64,000 nt of DNA from Octopus sinensis (taxonomy: Eukaryota). Shown here in pieces: positions 23,920 to 36,752 of this stretch (the stretch's first letter is position 1; the number at the start of each line of letters is the position of its first letter). The notes beneath the pieces were generated by a model, which did no database searches, was not told where the DNA came from, and saw only the letters and a program-made list of their open reading frames with translations. The stretch lies in assembly GCF_006345805.1 (NCBI RefSeq), contig NC_043009.1, forward strand, positions 34,100,001 to 34,164,000, in the 5' to 3' direction. Made by a program: the position numbers and the translations under genes.

Positions 23920-24400
23920 ACAGAGAGAGAATAAAAAAAATTGTGGATTTAGTGATCAAGCATGGCGAATGGTTGGGAAAAACGGTTCAACAGGAGAGGT
24001 AGAAAGAAGGAGAGATAATAAAGTATTGGTGATCCCAAAACAAAGGTGCACATGCATGAGTGTGTGTGGATAGGGGCTAGTGACTTTGATGCGGGTGGAT
24101 ATGTGCATGTGTGTGTCTAATGTGTGAGTGTGCAGATGATGGTGTGCGGTGTGGATGCTGGGAAGTGGTCAGTGCTAGTGTATGTGGAGTGGGGTGGGTG
24201 GAGAGGTATCGATGAGGTGAGAAGGTGGGTAGGAGTGAAGAGAGGAAGTAGGTGCCAGATGAAGAGAGGAGAGGAGGGGAGATGAGCCTATGTGGTGCAA
24301 AGGAGCAAAGAGAGAAGATTAATTCCTTTTCACAGTGAAGGCGGGGTTCTGGATGGCCCCTATTCAAAGACAATCCAAACACAGACAAATGTTGTAGTGA
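23920..24400 (-). mobile_element. Penelope-like element: GIY-YIG C-terminus and 3' region
   Basis: LSVFGL....G....R...E..LIFSL..FAPH.L resembles the PLE endonuclease C-terminus; 23920-23965 matches the PLE end at 55830-55880. Confidence 0.65.
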
Positions 24401-24424
24401 ATGATATATATATATATATATATC

Positions 24425-27400
24425 ATATAAGGGAGTATAATTCCAAACTTACAGAGAAAAATTCAATTTAGTATGAAATCAAAGTTCATAGTATAAATAT
24501 ATAAAATATAAATTAGAGATAAAACCACTATTATGCAACTTATAACTAGATCTCAAAAAGTATAAAATGAATGATAAATATATAATAAGTAAAAACACTA
24601 CATACGTTTCATTGCTACAATTAAATTCGAATTACAATTAAGTTTAAATTCAATTGAAATAAATTCGAATTAAAATTATAGTCAATCTTCAGGTTAATGA
24701 TAATAGTTAAATAAATAATCAAATAGAGTTAAACAATATTTATTTAAGAAATAAATAAAATAATAATTTTTCTTATAGAAAAAACTCCATTAAATAAATT
24801 AGAAACTTAAAACATTAGGATTATTTCCTACAACACATTTATTATGTTAAATATTTATTTTTAAGGTAAAAAAATAGATAGAAATATGTATTTATCTTTG
24901 AAGGTATAATTTGGCTTTAAAAACATAATAAACTCCCGAATATCTTTAACTCAGTTATACTCCAATATTTAATTACCAAATTATTTAACAAAATAATCAC
25001 TATTCATATTTTTAGATTTAAGTTCACATCTAATAATTATAAAATATTTAAAAACAAGTATCTAAATTATAATCAACAAATATAGTAATTAAAAATCTAA
25101 AATTTTCCCTATCAATAAATATATAGACATGTAAAGAAAAATCAATAAATTAATTAGCCCATTATTACTTACATATATATTATAAATATCAATAGAATAT
25201 ATTTATGAAATACATTTAAAAATTTAAAGATTAAAAATCAAATTAAAAACGTATAACCGATCTTAAAAGAACCGTATAACTATTTTACGATCTATAATAC
25301 CACAGTGACTAAGTAATATTTTACAATTTACGTACAGTTATAATCTAATAATTAAATATACATATCTAAAATATCATCAACTAAATAACTATAGATTCAA
25401 ATTAACAATCAGTAGTTATATAGAATACAATACAATAAAACCTCTTAAAATATCTTAAATTTCTTAAATAGAAGAAGGTTTACTTAACTCTCAAAAACCG
25501 TGTCATTAACTAAAATTTCAAAGCGGAAAACGTCTTTGAAGCGTTTATAAGGAAACTCGTGGAATTACGTAATTAACAGAAATAGAATAAACAGATGGAA
25601 AAATTATTTTAACAATGAAAACTACGAATAAATATTATCAATGGAAAAGACGGTTATATTTTAGCTTTAATAGATAAAGAGAACAAAGTCACTAATAGTG
25701 AATATAATCACTATATACTATAATATCTTTCACTATAAACCTAAAATTTATAATAAATTATACTCAAACTCTATAAATTAAATAATTTATACAACTGCCA
25801 TTTACTGTATATTCTCTAAAAATCTTATACAAATTAATTTATTTTATATATATAAAAAAAGGTTAGGTTGGAGTCAAATCTTTATTTAAATAAAATAACT
25901 TTTAGACACATTCAATATTAACTCAGCAGTAATTCAAACATTATCTATATTATGACCACTAATTAATAAACTAAATTAAATTAAAAACTATAATGTAATA
26001 AAATTCATTAATATAATATTAATTAATTAAATAAACATCTAAATAAAACTACTTCGAAATATATAATAAATACATTTTGATTAATTTTAAAAAATTATTA
26101 CAAATTATAACCAAAACTGTCGTATATAATAAATATATATTATATATCAAATTAATACTCAAAACAAATGCTAAATAATAATAAATTAAGCTTATTATAT
26201 AGGTAAAGTAATATATATTTAGGTCAAATAGTTCGTTCTTTAATTGAATAAATAAAGTACATATTATCATTATAAATAAATAGTACATAAAGAAAAAAAA
26301 TTATTATTCTACACATTAAAATTTATTAATTTAACGTTACTAAAACTATCACCAAAAAGATATATATACTTAATACTGTTAATTTTAGTAGACATATAAT
26401 AATCATAGTAATAACAATAATAATAACAAAACCAACCACAAAAAAATTAAATAACTATCTTTTAATCTATATTCATTAAATACATTATATATTTAGAAAT
26501 AAAATAGACACCTAAATATAATCTAACTATAAGTATTTAAAGAACCTTTACTAACTCTTATTGACTAATACTCAAACCACCTACAGAATTGCAAACACAA
26601 CACTATTATCATTAATTAATATATTTATTTTATTTATTTATTTATTTAGTTATTTAATAATATTAAATTATGTAATATGCAATATAAATCACATACTAAA
26701 TTTAGAATTAATTCTATTACAAAATATAACTACAAATTAGAAACAAAATAGGGTTTAAATATAGTTGCTATTTATCTAAAAATTTATTATATAAGTAAAG
26801 TAATTTGTGTCTACATTTAATTTTACGCTCGCCTAATGTATTCACTAATTTATTATGATTATTAAATAATATTTCATTAAATTCACTAGAACATAAATAA
26901 TAACAATTGCTACCTATACTATATGATTTTGCCTTACAAATTATATCCCACTTTAAATTATACTTAATTCGTTGGGATTTTAGTCCCCATAAGTATTTGC
27001 TAAGCTCTGTAGAGTTCATAAGATTTTGATTTTTAAATGAATGCGTATACTGTGCTATTCTTAATTCAATTTTAGAGGAAGTGGACCCTGTATAAATGGC
27101 GTTTAAGTTATTATTATTCCTATTATTCTCACTAATTAATGTAACTACATCGTTTAAATCACATTTATTATTAAAATTACACTTAGTTTTATCTCTACAT
27201 GTACAATCTATGAGTGCTTTATCTTTATTATTATTAGTATGATTATAAAATTTCGTTTTATAAAAATTATTCAACTTAAAGCTAAAAGAAGAAATAATGT
27301 TACCTACATTATTAGTGGTAGAATAACCAACTCCAAAATTATTACTGGAGAAAATTTTTTTAGATTTACGATTATCATGAATGAATTGTTCAATAATGTT

Positions 27401-27451
27401 TAAAATCTCATTTAATAATGTTAGTTTAAACTTGAGTCCCACAAGGAACAA
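24425..27451 (-). mobile_element. AT-rich Penelope-like element (GIY-YIG ORF remnant, ~2.3-kb AT-rich tract, hammerhead-bearing end)
   Basis: ORF 26768-27451; CUGAAGA...GAAAC motif at ~24597-24697; continuous very high AT content. Confidence 0.7.
26768..27451 (-). pseudogene. PLE linker plus GIY-YIG endonuclease remnant
   Basis: CTCRDKTKC...CDLNDVV..IYTGST..ELRI..HSF..TELSKYLWGLK...WDII..Y.....LC..E: Cys-rich linker and GIY-YIG pattern of Penelope ORFs. Confidence 0.8.
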
Positions 27452-27454
27452 TTA

Positions 27455-27460
27455 ACCAAA

Positions 27461-27503
<43 letters not shown>

Positions 27504-27712
27504 TAGTTTTATTTTTATAGCGTGCTTTCACTTCACTACCGAGCGCAGCTCTGTGTGGCCTTAGGTATGTGCTGTGATTTGTTGTGATGCTCTGATGGTT
27601 ATTGTATGGAAAGTATTCTGCGTAGGATGTGTGCAGTGCCTAGTAGTGCAATTTTCTGTATGTTATATGTGTTTGTAAGTCCTGGTGTTTTTGTTATGTA
27701 TTTGTCTGAATA

Positions 27713-27748
<36 letters not shown>

Positions 27749-27772
27749 GATTAACACTATTATTATTAATCA

Positions 27773-27839
<67 letters not shown>

Positions 27840-28110
27840 AATAATAATAATATTACCATTATTATATTTCTTTTTAATAGTATTAAAAAATTATAATTAT
27901 AATTATAATTATCATTTATTGAATTAAAATTGAAATTCATCTTATTTCTATTTTTATTTTTATTTTTATTTTCATTTTTATTATTATAAGTACTACAATT
28001 ATAATTATTACTTCTACAATACTACTAATATTACTATTATAATTATTATAATTGGTATTAATATTCTTATTTTTAGTTTCATTAAAGAATTTAATATTAT
28101 TATTATTATA
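27455..28110 (-). mobile_element. R4/Dong-type 3' end (27500-27720) embedded between long (TAT)n tracts
   Basis: Minus strand KKYSDKYITKTPGLTNTYNIQKIALLGTAHILRRILSIQ plus the 3' UTR shared with 32040-32200. Confidence 0.85.
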
Positions 28111-28254
28111 TCCTGCCTCTCGCAGGGCTTCATTATAATAAGGTGCATGTTTATTGAAAATCTCTAAATCATAAGAAAGTAATGATATTCGTTTACTAAT
28201 ATTATTTATCTACGATTTTTTAATTGATGGTGGATGATTACTATTAGCATTTAT

Positions 28255-28960
28255 GTATCTCAAGAGGCCATGGAGCTGTGCCCAAAGAAATTGTGCCAGC
28301 TGATCATGGTGGTGCTGTGTCTGTTGTGACTGTACAGACCCACATGGGAGTGGCAGTCACACATATAGCAACTGCATTTGGAAGAGCTTTCTGCCAGTGC
28401 TGATGATTTTTCCTTCCATTGAGTGTGCTTTTCTTTAATGGTGAGTACCTGTTTTTCTTCCACTCTCTTCATTCCCTTTCACAGTATTTGCCTCCAGTGT
28501 GGGCGATCATTTGCAACCTCCTCCTGTCTCAGGACGTCCAGATCAAGCAACTTGATATCTCTCTTTGAAATGAAGATGAGGTTGTCCTCGTGCTCTTGTA
28601 CCTGTAGCCAATTCCCCATACAGGAGGTCTTTTGGGACCCTTGCATCTGGCATGTGATGGACATGACTGAGCAAATGCAAATGATGCTGCTGGAGCAAGA
28701 TGTGTGTGCTGGGTATCTTTGCTCAGTTGAGAACTTCAGTGTTGGAGATGTGGTTGGTCCACTTGATGTCCAAGATGCGTCTTAAATTGCAAAGTGAAAG
28801 ACATTGAGATGCCGCTCCTGTCTAGAGTAGAGGTTCTACATCTCCATACAATTCATTACAATACAATAATCTCCCAAATCACTGTGCCTAGCATATGGAG
28901 GTCAGACTTGCTGTCAGATTAGCAAGTCTAGAAACATATTGTATATGATTAGGCCAATGA
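28255..28960 (-). mobile_element. 3' portion of a second RTE (BovB-like) LINE family
   Basis: ..EEVANDRPHWRQIL then C..C...CHSHVGLYSH C-terminal motif. Confidence 0.65.
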
Positions 28961-29112
28961 TTTGTAATGTATTGCATAATCTTATAGATGCTGCACATCT
29001 TACATAACCAAATTTATTTATATCTATCTATCTATATATATATATATATATACATATATATATAATCTATCTTTCTATCTATCTACCTATCTTTATACAT
29101 ACATATATATAT

Positions 29113-29144
<32 letters not shown>

Positions 29145-29184
29145 CATATATACACACACACATACACACACACACACACGCACA

Positions 29185-29630
29185 TGGAGTAAAACCAATA
29201 TATCCAAAAATTTATACTAACACATATTTCTCTGAATGTGTAAGGTATGTGAATAAAAGTTCTAATCATCCTATAAATATCATAAATTCTATTATTAAAA
29301 ATATGTCAACACGTCTTTTGAGGCTTTCTGCTAATATGGCTGTATTTGAACAAAATGACTAGTACTATAACCACACATTATCTGAAGGATAAAAATTTAT
29401 TACACCCAGAATCAAAATGGTAATAAAATTCCTGGTAATGATAGTATATAAAATATGATGAGCCTTGACAGAGAGGGCAATAAAAATAAATACATCAAAC
29501 AAGCATATTTAAGAGAGCTAGGTAATAACCAGAAGAATAATACAAATTAGATGTATAAGAAAGGCAGTCTTAGAGATAAGCACATTAATAAGCATAGATG
29601 TAATTCTGAAGATACTAAGAGTATAATTAA
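29185..29630 (+). mobile_element. Penelope-like RT thumb/linker fragment
   Basis: YVNKSSNHPINII..I..RL..LS....F....YYN..L motif typical of PLE ORFs; contains stops. Confidence 0.65.
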
Positions 29631-29645
29631 TAATAATAATAATAA

Positions 29646-30190
29646 ATGCCATGATGCAGTACCAGGCAGTGACTCTCATGGCTTCTGATCTTAACTGATT
29701 GGAAGTGTTATCATGTACATGTTTTGTCTTGGTATAAAAGAAGGGCTACAGCAAATATTCTGCTCAATACCATGGATTTGCTTGTCAGTTGCTTGACCAT
29801 AACCAGTTGAGGATGTCCCTTAGTGGCTGACGATATGTGCATCTCTGATCACGAGCAGAAGTAGTGGGGGAATATCATAGCCGTGTGTTGAGAGGGATTC
29901 TTTGGGATTTGAATAATTCACCTCTGGAAACATGGGTGTTTCGTTCAACATCCTTAAACAACCCTTATTCAGGGATCTTTTGTGTGGGATAGGTTACTTG
30001 ACCAGAAGAAAATTCTAACTGGACCCCACCTGCAAGGTTGTGTGCTGTTTATCTTGATATGAGATCACCATGTCGTGCACATATGGTTGTGATGCATGTG
30101 CCTAGTGTACCCTTATCAGATGGGTAGTCATGATGGGTATACTAGGCTTCATATATTTTACCCCAGTGTCACTTTGATGGCATGCACTCA
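29646..30190. mobile_element. ~545-bp non-coding element flanked on both sides by (AAT)n
   Basis: Sharp transitions from and to (AAT)n arrays; higher GC; no ORF; family unassigned. Confidence 0.5.
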
Positions 30191-30195
30191 ACAAC

Positions 30196-30240
<45 letters not shown>

Positions 30241-32200
30241 CAAGGATCAATAAAGCCATAAATGAAGACAGTCACAGAAAGAAGAAGGGTCTAATTATGG
30301 CCTGGATTGATTACCGAAAGGCTTTTAATAATATTCCCCATGCATGGATCCTGGAAATACTAGCCATAAACAAGGTAGCACTAGTAATCATAAAATATAT
30401 AACACATTTCATGAATAAATGGCAGACAGTGCTACAGCTCCTGACAAAAGAGGGACTCATAAAAACCAAAGCCATCACCATTAGAAAAGGAATATTCTAG
30501 GGAGACACGCTTTCTCCATTCCTTTTCTGCTGGGCACTGACACCTTTATCTGACATGCTAATCAGAACTGGATGCTGATACAACTGTTGCAGCAAAGCAA
30601 TCAGTCACCTCTTATATATGGATGACCTAAAACTGTACACTACAAATGATAAACAGTTGAAAACATTACTACAGACAGTACATGGATTCACCAAAGAAAT
30701 AAACATAAAATTGGCAACCTTGAAAAGAGTAGCAACATCACACTAGATAAAGCAAATGAAATAAGAGAATTAGACCAAAGCCAGACATAAGAATATTTAG
30801 GAATCAATGAACTAGATGCAATACAACACGCACAAATGAAAGAGAAAATAAAAAAGAATACTATAGAAGAGTTAGATTAATACTGAAAACAGAGCTCAGT
30901 GCGAAAAACAAGATAATAGGTATCAACACTTTAGCCATCCCAGTTATAAGTTACAGTTACAATATCCTTAACTGGACACTAAATGAATTAATCAAAGTAG
31001 ACAAAACAAGAAAAATAATGACAGGATTTGGGATGCACCACCCAAAATCTGACATAGTAAGGTTATATATACAATGTGTAGTAGGGAGTAGTGGCCTTAT
31101 ACAGCTAGAAAACTAGTACAAAATAACCACCATAGGACTACAAAAATACCTACTTCAGAAGCATGGAAAACTCAAACAAATAGCCACAAAAAAAAAAAAC
31201 TGTTTTCAGTCTTTAAGGAAGCTGACAAATACAAAAAAAGAAAAGTCATACTACCTAACAAATATGAAGAAAAAGAAGAAACTACAAAAACTATAAAACA
31301 ACTGAAATCCAAACTAAAACTGTACCATGATAAAACGATGGCAAGAAAAATCCCTTCATGACAAATACTGGGTTAAACTAATGCAAAAGAAATAGAAAAA
31401 GCAAAATCCCAACAATGGCTGAGAACCTCAGGACTCAAAGCAGAGACTGAAGGATTTTTAATTGCAGCACAAGACCAAAGCCTCCCTACCAGAAATTACC
31501 AAAAACATATAATGAAAAGAAGCATAACTTGTAACTTCAGAATATGTGGAGAAACAATAAATCATATTGTCTCTGACTGCCCAGTCCTGGATAAGAAGGA
31601 ATATATTCACAGGTACAACAGAGTTGGGACCCACATACACAGGAAGCTATGCCAACACAATGGAATAACAACAGATAGAAGATGGTATTGGCACAGACCA
31701 GAAAAGGTTACATAAAATGAGAAAGCAACCATACTCTGGGATATGCCAATACACACTGATAGAGAAATTAAGACCAATAGGCCAAATATAGTTGTCAGAG
31801 ATCATCAAGATAAAAAAATGCTTTCTAACTGATGTATCAATACCAACAGATAACAACGTTTCTCTAAAAGAAATGGAGAAACTTTCAAAATACAAAAATC
31901 TGGAAATAGAGGTAACTTGAATGTGGAGTCAAAAACAGAAACAATTCCTATCGTAATAGGTGCATTAGGTATGATAAAGAAATATTCAGACAAATACATA
32001 ACAAAAACACCAGGACTAACAATTATATATAACATACAGAAAATAGCACTACTAGTCACTGCACACATCCTACATAAAACACTTTCAATACAGTAACTAC
32101 AATATAAGAGCATTACAACAAACCACAGCACATTCCCAAGGCACACAGAGCTGTGCTCGGTAGTGCAGTGAAAGCACGTGATAAAAACAAGACTACTGAG
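30241..32200 (+). mobile_element. 5'-truncated R4/Dong-type LINE (RT, CCHC zinc knuckle, RLE) in (AAT)n
   Basis: AWIDYRKAF, GIF*GDTLSP, HLLYMDDLKL, CRICGETINHIVSDC, RPNIVVRD, QKIALLVTAHIL; (AAT)n on both sides; many stops. Confidence 0.9.
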
Positions 32201-32219
32201 TGATAATAATAATAATATA

Positions 32220-34545
32220 ATGGGAGTGACAAAAGGAAAGATCCATTGTGGAAAAGAAGAATACAGGCAGTGTTAGAGATGTTCTTGAAGGACATTTCTG
32301 TGTTATAATGAAATGAGAAGTGTGAGCTTAAAAGTGAACAAAAATGCAGAGCATTGAACAGGAAGTGTGATATTGAAAGAACAGGCCTGAAAGTGGTAAT
32401 GGAGGAACTGAAACAGCACCTCATTGCAAAGATGGTAAGATACGACTAATGAATGAAGGGATACCAGCAAAAGAGGTTATTCAGAGTAGATCAGAAGAGA
32501 CACTACAAAGAAATAACTAGAGAGTGTACAGATGAAAAGTTGATACCAGATAACATTGAAAGCCAAAGGTTTGGAGTGACATCTGGAGCTAAGATAAGGA
32601 GCACAAGAAGGATGATGAATGGTTGCAAGAACTGAAACAAACAGTAGTCTGTCCACAACAGGCTGAACCAGTCATTTCAGTTAAGGAAGTGAAGGAAATT
32701 AGCAAAAAAATGGGCAACTGGAAGGTCCTGGGACCAGATGGAGTTCAAGGCTACTGGATCAAAAGATTTGGTGTATGTCATGCATGAATAGCTGCACAAT
32801 TAAACACCTTGTTAAATGCCAACCAAATAACACCAGAGTGGTTGACAATGGGCTGGACAATGCTGTGCTTGAAAAACATCGAAAAAGGCAGTAAAGTAGG
32901 CAATTACAAGCCAATATCCTGCTTGTCACTTATGTGGAAATTATTGACGGGAATAGACATAGAGTTAATGTACTGGCATCTTTAAAAAAAACTAGAGTCC
33001 TACCACATGAGCAGAAGGGGTACAAGCATAAATGCAAAGGTATCAAAGATCAACTACTGGTAAACAAAACTGTACTTAGAGACTGCAAGGGGAGGAAAAC
33101 TAACTTAGCCATGTCATGGATCAATTATTGTAAGGCATATGATATGATCCACTATTCTTGGATTATAGAATGTATGAACCTGTTTGGTATTATGTCAAAT
33201 GTTGAGCAATTGCTTGGAAAAAGTATGGCGAAGTGGAGGTCAGAACTGACAGTATATGAAAGAAATTTAGGGACAATAGAAATCAGGAGAGGCACCTTCC
33301 AAGGGGACTGCCTGTCCTCACTGATCTTTGTATTGTGCATGATACGACTAACTCTGATTCTGAGGAAAGTAAAGGCTGGGTATGTATTCAAGAGCCGCCA
33401 ACAAAAAGTCAACCACTTGTTATTCATGGATCACCTCAAACTTTATGGTAAAGATGAAGCCCAAGTCAGTTCCCTCGTTGATACGGTGTATACTTTCACT
33501 GCTGACATCAGAATGAAGTGAAAAAGTGCGGTGAGTTAGTCTTGAAGAGAGGCAAAATTAAATGTATGGCCGGGCAAGCAATACCATCAGGGTTATGAAG
33601 CAAATAGAAAAGACAGGCTATAAGTACTTGGGGGATATTGGAAATGGATAAATTGATGGAGAAAGAAATGACAGAAAAATTTAAGGTTGAGTACTTGCGC
33701 AGACTGAGACTGATCCTTAAGTCAAAATTAAACAGACGGAATAAGATTGAAGCTATTAACACCTAGGCAGTCTCACTTCTTAGATATGGAGCAGGGGTAA
33801 TCACATAAACAGTAGATTAAAAACTGAAAAGGGAGACTCTAATCTGTGTGCCCAAGAGCAAGAGTTAAGAACAAATTACATCAAATACAGAATAGACGAC
33901 ACATCAGAAAATGATAAATGCAGAATTTGTGGACAAAATAGTGAAGCCGTATGGTATATTACCAGTCAATGTAAGCCACTAGCCCAGAAAGAATATGAGA
34001 CATCATGTCAACATAGCAAGGATTGTCCATTGGACACTCTGCAAAAAGTTGATAGAGCAAAAAAGTGGTACAAACATAAACCCGAAGGTATCATCGAAAA
34101 TGATAATGCAAAGTTCCTATGGGATTTTGTGATTTAGTGTAACCATGAAATAGAGAAACCTGACATAATGTTAATTGAGAAAGAAAGCAAATGATGCCGG
34201 ATCATAGATATAACATGCCCAGTTGACAACAAGGTATGCAATAAGGAGATAGATATGACAGGTTAACATGGGAGGTTAAGCAGTTGTGGTCACTGAAAAA
34301 AGCAGTAGTAGTACCAATAATTGCCCTGGGAACGGTGAGTAAAAATCTTGAGAAGTGCATGGAACAAATAGGGGCTGTAATAAGGGTGGAGTACTCGCAG
34401 AAAACAGCACTGCTTGGAAATGCTCAAATACTCCTGATGGTGCTTGAAAAATAAGTGGTGTTACCTTAGTTCACTGGTTCTGAACAGTTGATACCATAGT
34501 ACATCTCCAGCATTAGAAGCTGAGAAGTAGTGTAAAGACAATAAA
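32220..34545 (+). mobile_element. Second, distinct R4/NeSL-type LINE family inserted directly after the first
   Basis: ORF 32934-33521 (EQKG..KDQLLVNK..WINYCKAYD..GTFQGDCLS..HLLFMD); CRICG..H..S.C and KPDIMLIEK..IDITCP..QKTALLG; ends in (AAT)n then (GAA)n. Confidence 0.9.
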
Positions 34546-34990
34546 ATAATAATAATAAAAAGAAGAAGAAGAAGAAGAAGAAGAAGAAGAAGAAGAAGAA
34601 GAAGAAGAAGAAGAAGAAGAGAAGAAGAAGAAGAAGAAGGATGACGACAATGATGACAAGAAGTCTATAGATATGAATAACAATAAAAATAAGAATTATG
34701 GCAGAAGAACAATCAAAAACATTCCAGTGATGAGCACCTTTTGTTGTTTTCAAACAGTATACTTAGAATTATATTATTTCAAAATACCCTACTTTTTTCA
34801 AGATGTGAAGTGTGTGAAATTTTAAGAGACATTTGGCTGCTATTGCTAGCAGTTTGAGTGAATAAATAGAGGGTATTTAATGGTTCTCTACAGTACTCAT
34901 TCAATGAAGGCTTGAATTATGAAATATATTAATCAAATCTTCACATCACATTGTACTATTTTAAAAAGGATACATTCAATTACACACTTA

Positions 34991-36269
34991 TATCTGGTCA
35001 ACCCATAAGTTCAGTCCGATTTTACCTTTTTTAAAATTGATTGAAATTTAATAGTATTTTAGAATGTCTAATGGAATTAAAAATTATTTTTATGCATTTG
35101 TGTACATTTAAACTAATTAAATATTATTTTAAAAGAATAATAGAATTAAAATTTCTTTGATTAAAACCTGTTCTAACATGGAAGTATCCAAAGAGCATTT
35201 GAGGTACATAATGCTTTATGAGTACAAAAAAGGAAACTCTACAGCCAAAGCAACTCAAAACATACTCTCAGTTTATGGGAAAGACTGCTTGAATGAAAGA
35301 ACTTGCAGAAGATGGTTTGCAAAATTCAGAAGTGGAGATTTCAGACTTGAAGATGAAGATTGAACAGTTTGATGATAATCTCCTTGAAGCACTACTTGAA
35401 GATAATCCTGCATTATCAGTTGAAGAATTGGCAATAAAACTTAGTTCAAACCATACAACTGTTCATTGTCATCTTCAACAACTTGGAAAGGTTCCTAAAT
35501 GTGGAAAATGGGTACCGCAGGAATTATCTGAAAGCAACTGCAAATCCCGAGTTGGCATCTGCTCTTCTCTCCATTCTCATGAACTCATTTCACCCGTTTT
35601 GGATAAATTTGTGACTGATGACAAAAAATGGATCTTCTATCGAAATGCAAAATGTCATAAACAGTGGCTTGGTAAAAGGGAAAAGGCTCAACCACAACCG
35701 AGAAGGGAACTTCATGGAAAAAAGGTTCTTCTTTCTATCTGGTGGGATTGTAAAGGAGTAATTCACTTTGAATTGTTACCACCTAATGCAACAATCAATG
35801 TTCAAGTCCACTGTCAGCAATTAGAGCGTTTGAACCAAACGTTGAAGGAAAATAGACCCACTGTAGTGAATCAAAAAGGAGTGATGTTTCATCAGGACAA
35901 TGCGTGACCCCATGCTGCAAAGATCACATCACAGAAGATTGAAGAGCTTAGTTGGGAAAAAATTCCTCATCCACCTTATTCTCCCGACCTTGCTCCATCA
36001 GACTACCATTTGTTTCATAGTTTACAGAATCATTTGGGGGACATAACTTTCGCAAGCTAGGAGGAGATCGAAACTGACATTTCAGAGTTCTTTGCTTTGA
36101 AACCAAAAGAGTTTTTCATTGATGGAATTAAAAAGCTTGTAAATAGATGGAAGGAAGCCATAGATAATCAGGGAAAGTACATTGATGATTAAATTTCAAT
36201 TAAATATAACATTTGATCACTTGTTTTCTTTATTCAAAATTAGGATAGAATTTATGGGATGACCTGATA
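34991..36269 (+). mobile_element. Full-length 1.28-kb mariner with both TIRs; transposase inactivated
   Basis: TIRs TATCTGGTCAACCCATAAGTTCAGTCCGA / TAGGATAGAATTTATGGGATGACCTGATA; ATG at 35178, WVPQEL, QDNA*PH (CGA>TGA), YSPDLAPSDY, stop at 36192; a frameshift near 35360. Confidence 0.95.
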
Positions 36270-36721
36270 AATACACTAGATTTAAAAAGATGCAATGGTT
36301 ATGACTGGAATGCTTTTGACCATAGGTCTAGCCTGGGGTTAAATCCTACCACCCCAAGTATTTATGATGATGAAATCAACTAAAGGTACTGCTTACACAG
36401 TTGTTCAACCTGCTAAGTATAGCAATCAAATCTCCCTCAAATTGCACTTGACCATTAAAAACCTTGTTTGTGGTCCAGGGTTCTCTGCATATAGGAAAAA
36501 GATGGGATTGTGACAGCTGGAATGTCCTTGGCCTTGTTCAATCAGTGCTGACAAAGAGCTAAAGAACAATAACAGCACCACTTTCATCTAAGTAGACAAC
36601 CAGTCAGCCAATCCAGTCTGTTGTTGCAGTTATTGTTATTATTTATCTGCTTTCTTTGTCACCATCCTACTGTCACCACCACTACAATCACTAGCAATAA
36701 TACCTTAGTATAATGTTTCAG

Positions 36722-36752
36722 AGCATAATTGACCTAGATCTTCTGACCACAG
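36722..36752 (+). CDS. Candidate 31-nt exon of the plus-strand gene (SIIDLDLLTT)
   Basis: Acceptor ATGTTTCAG|, donor CAG|GTATGT; phase 0 start fits the 18713 donor. Confidence 0.5.

Noticed and set aside
24430-26760. Nuclear mitochondrial insertion (NUMT) as the explanation for the AT-rich tract
   Set aside because: I could not recognise any mitochondrial protein, rRNA or tRNA motif; the tract is bounded by PLE features. A BLAST against octopus mtDNA would settle it.
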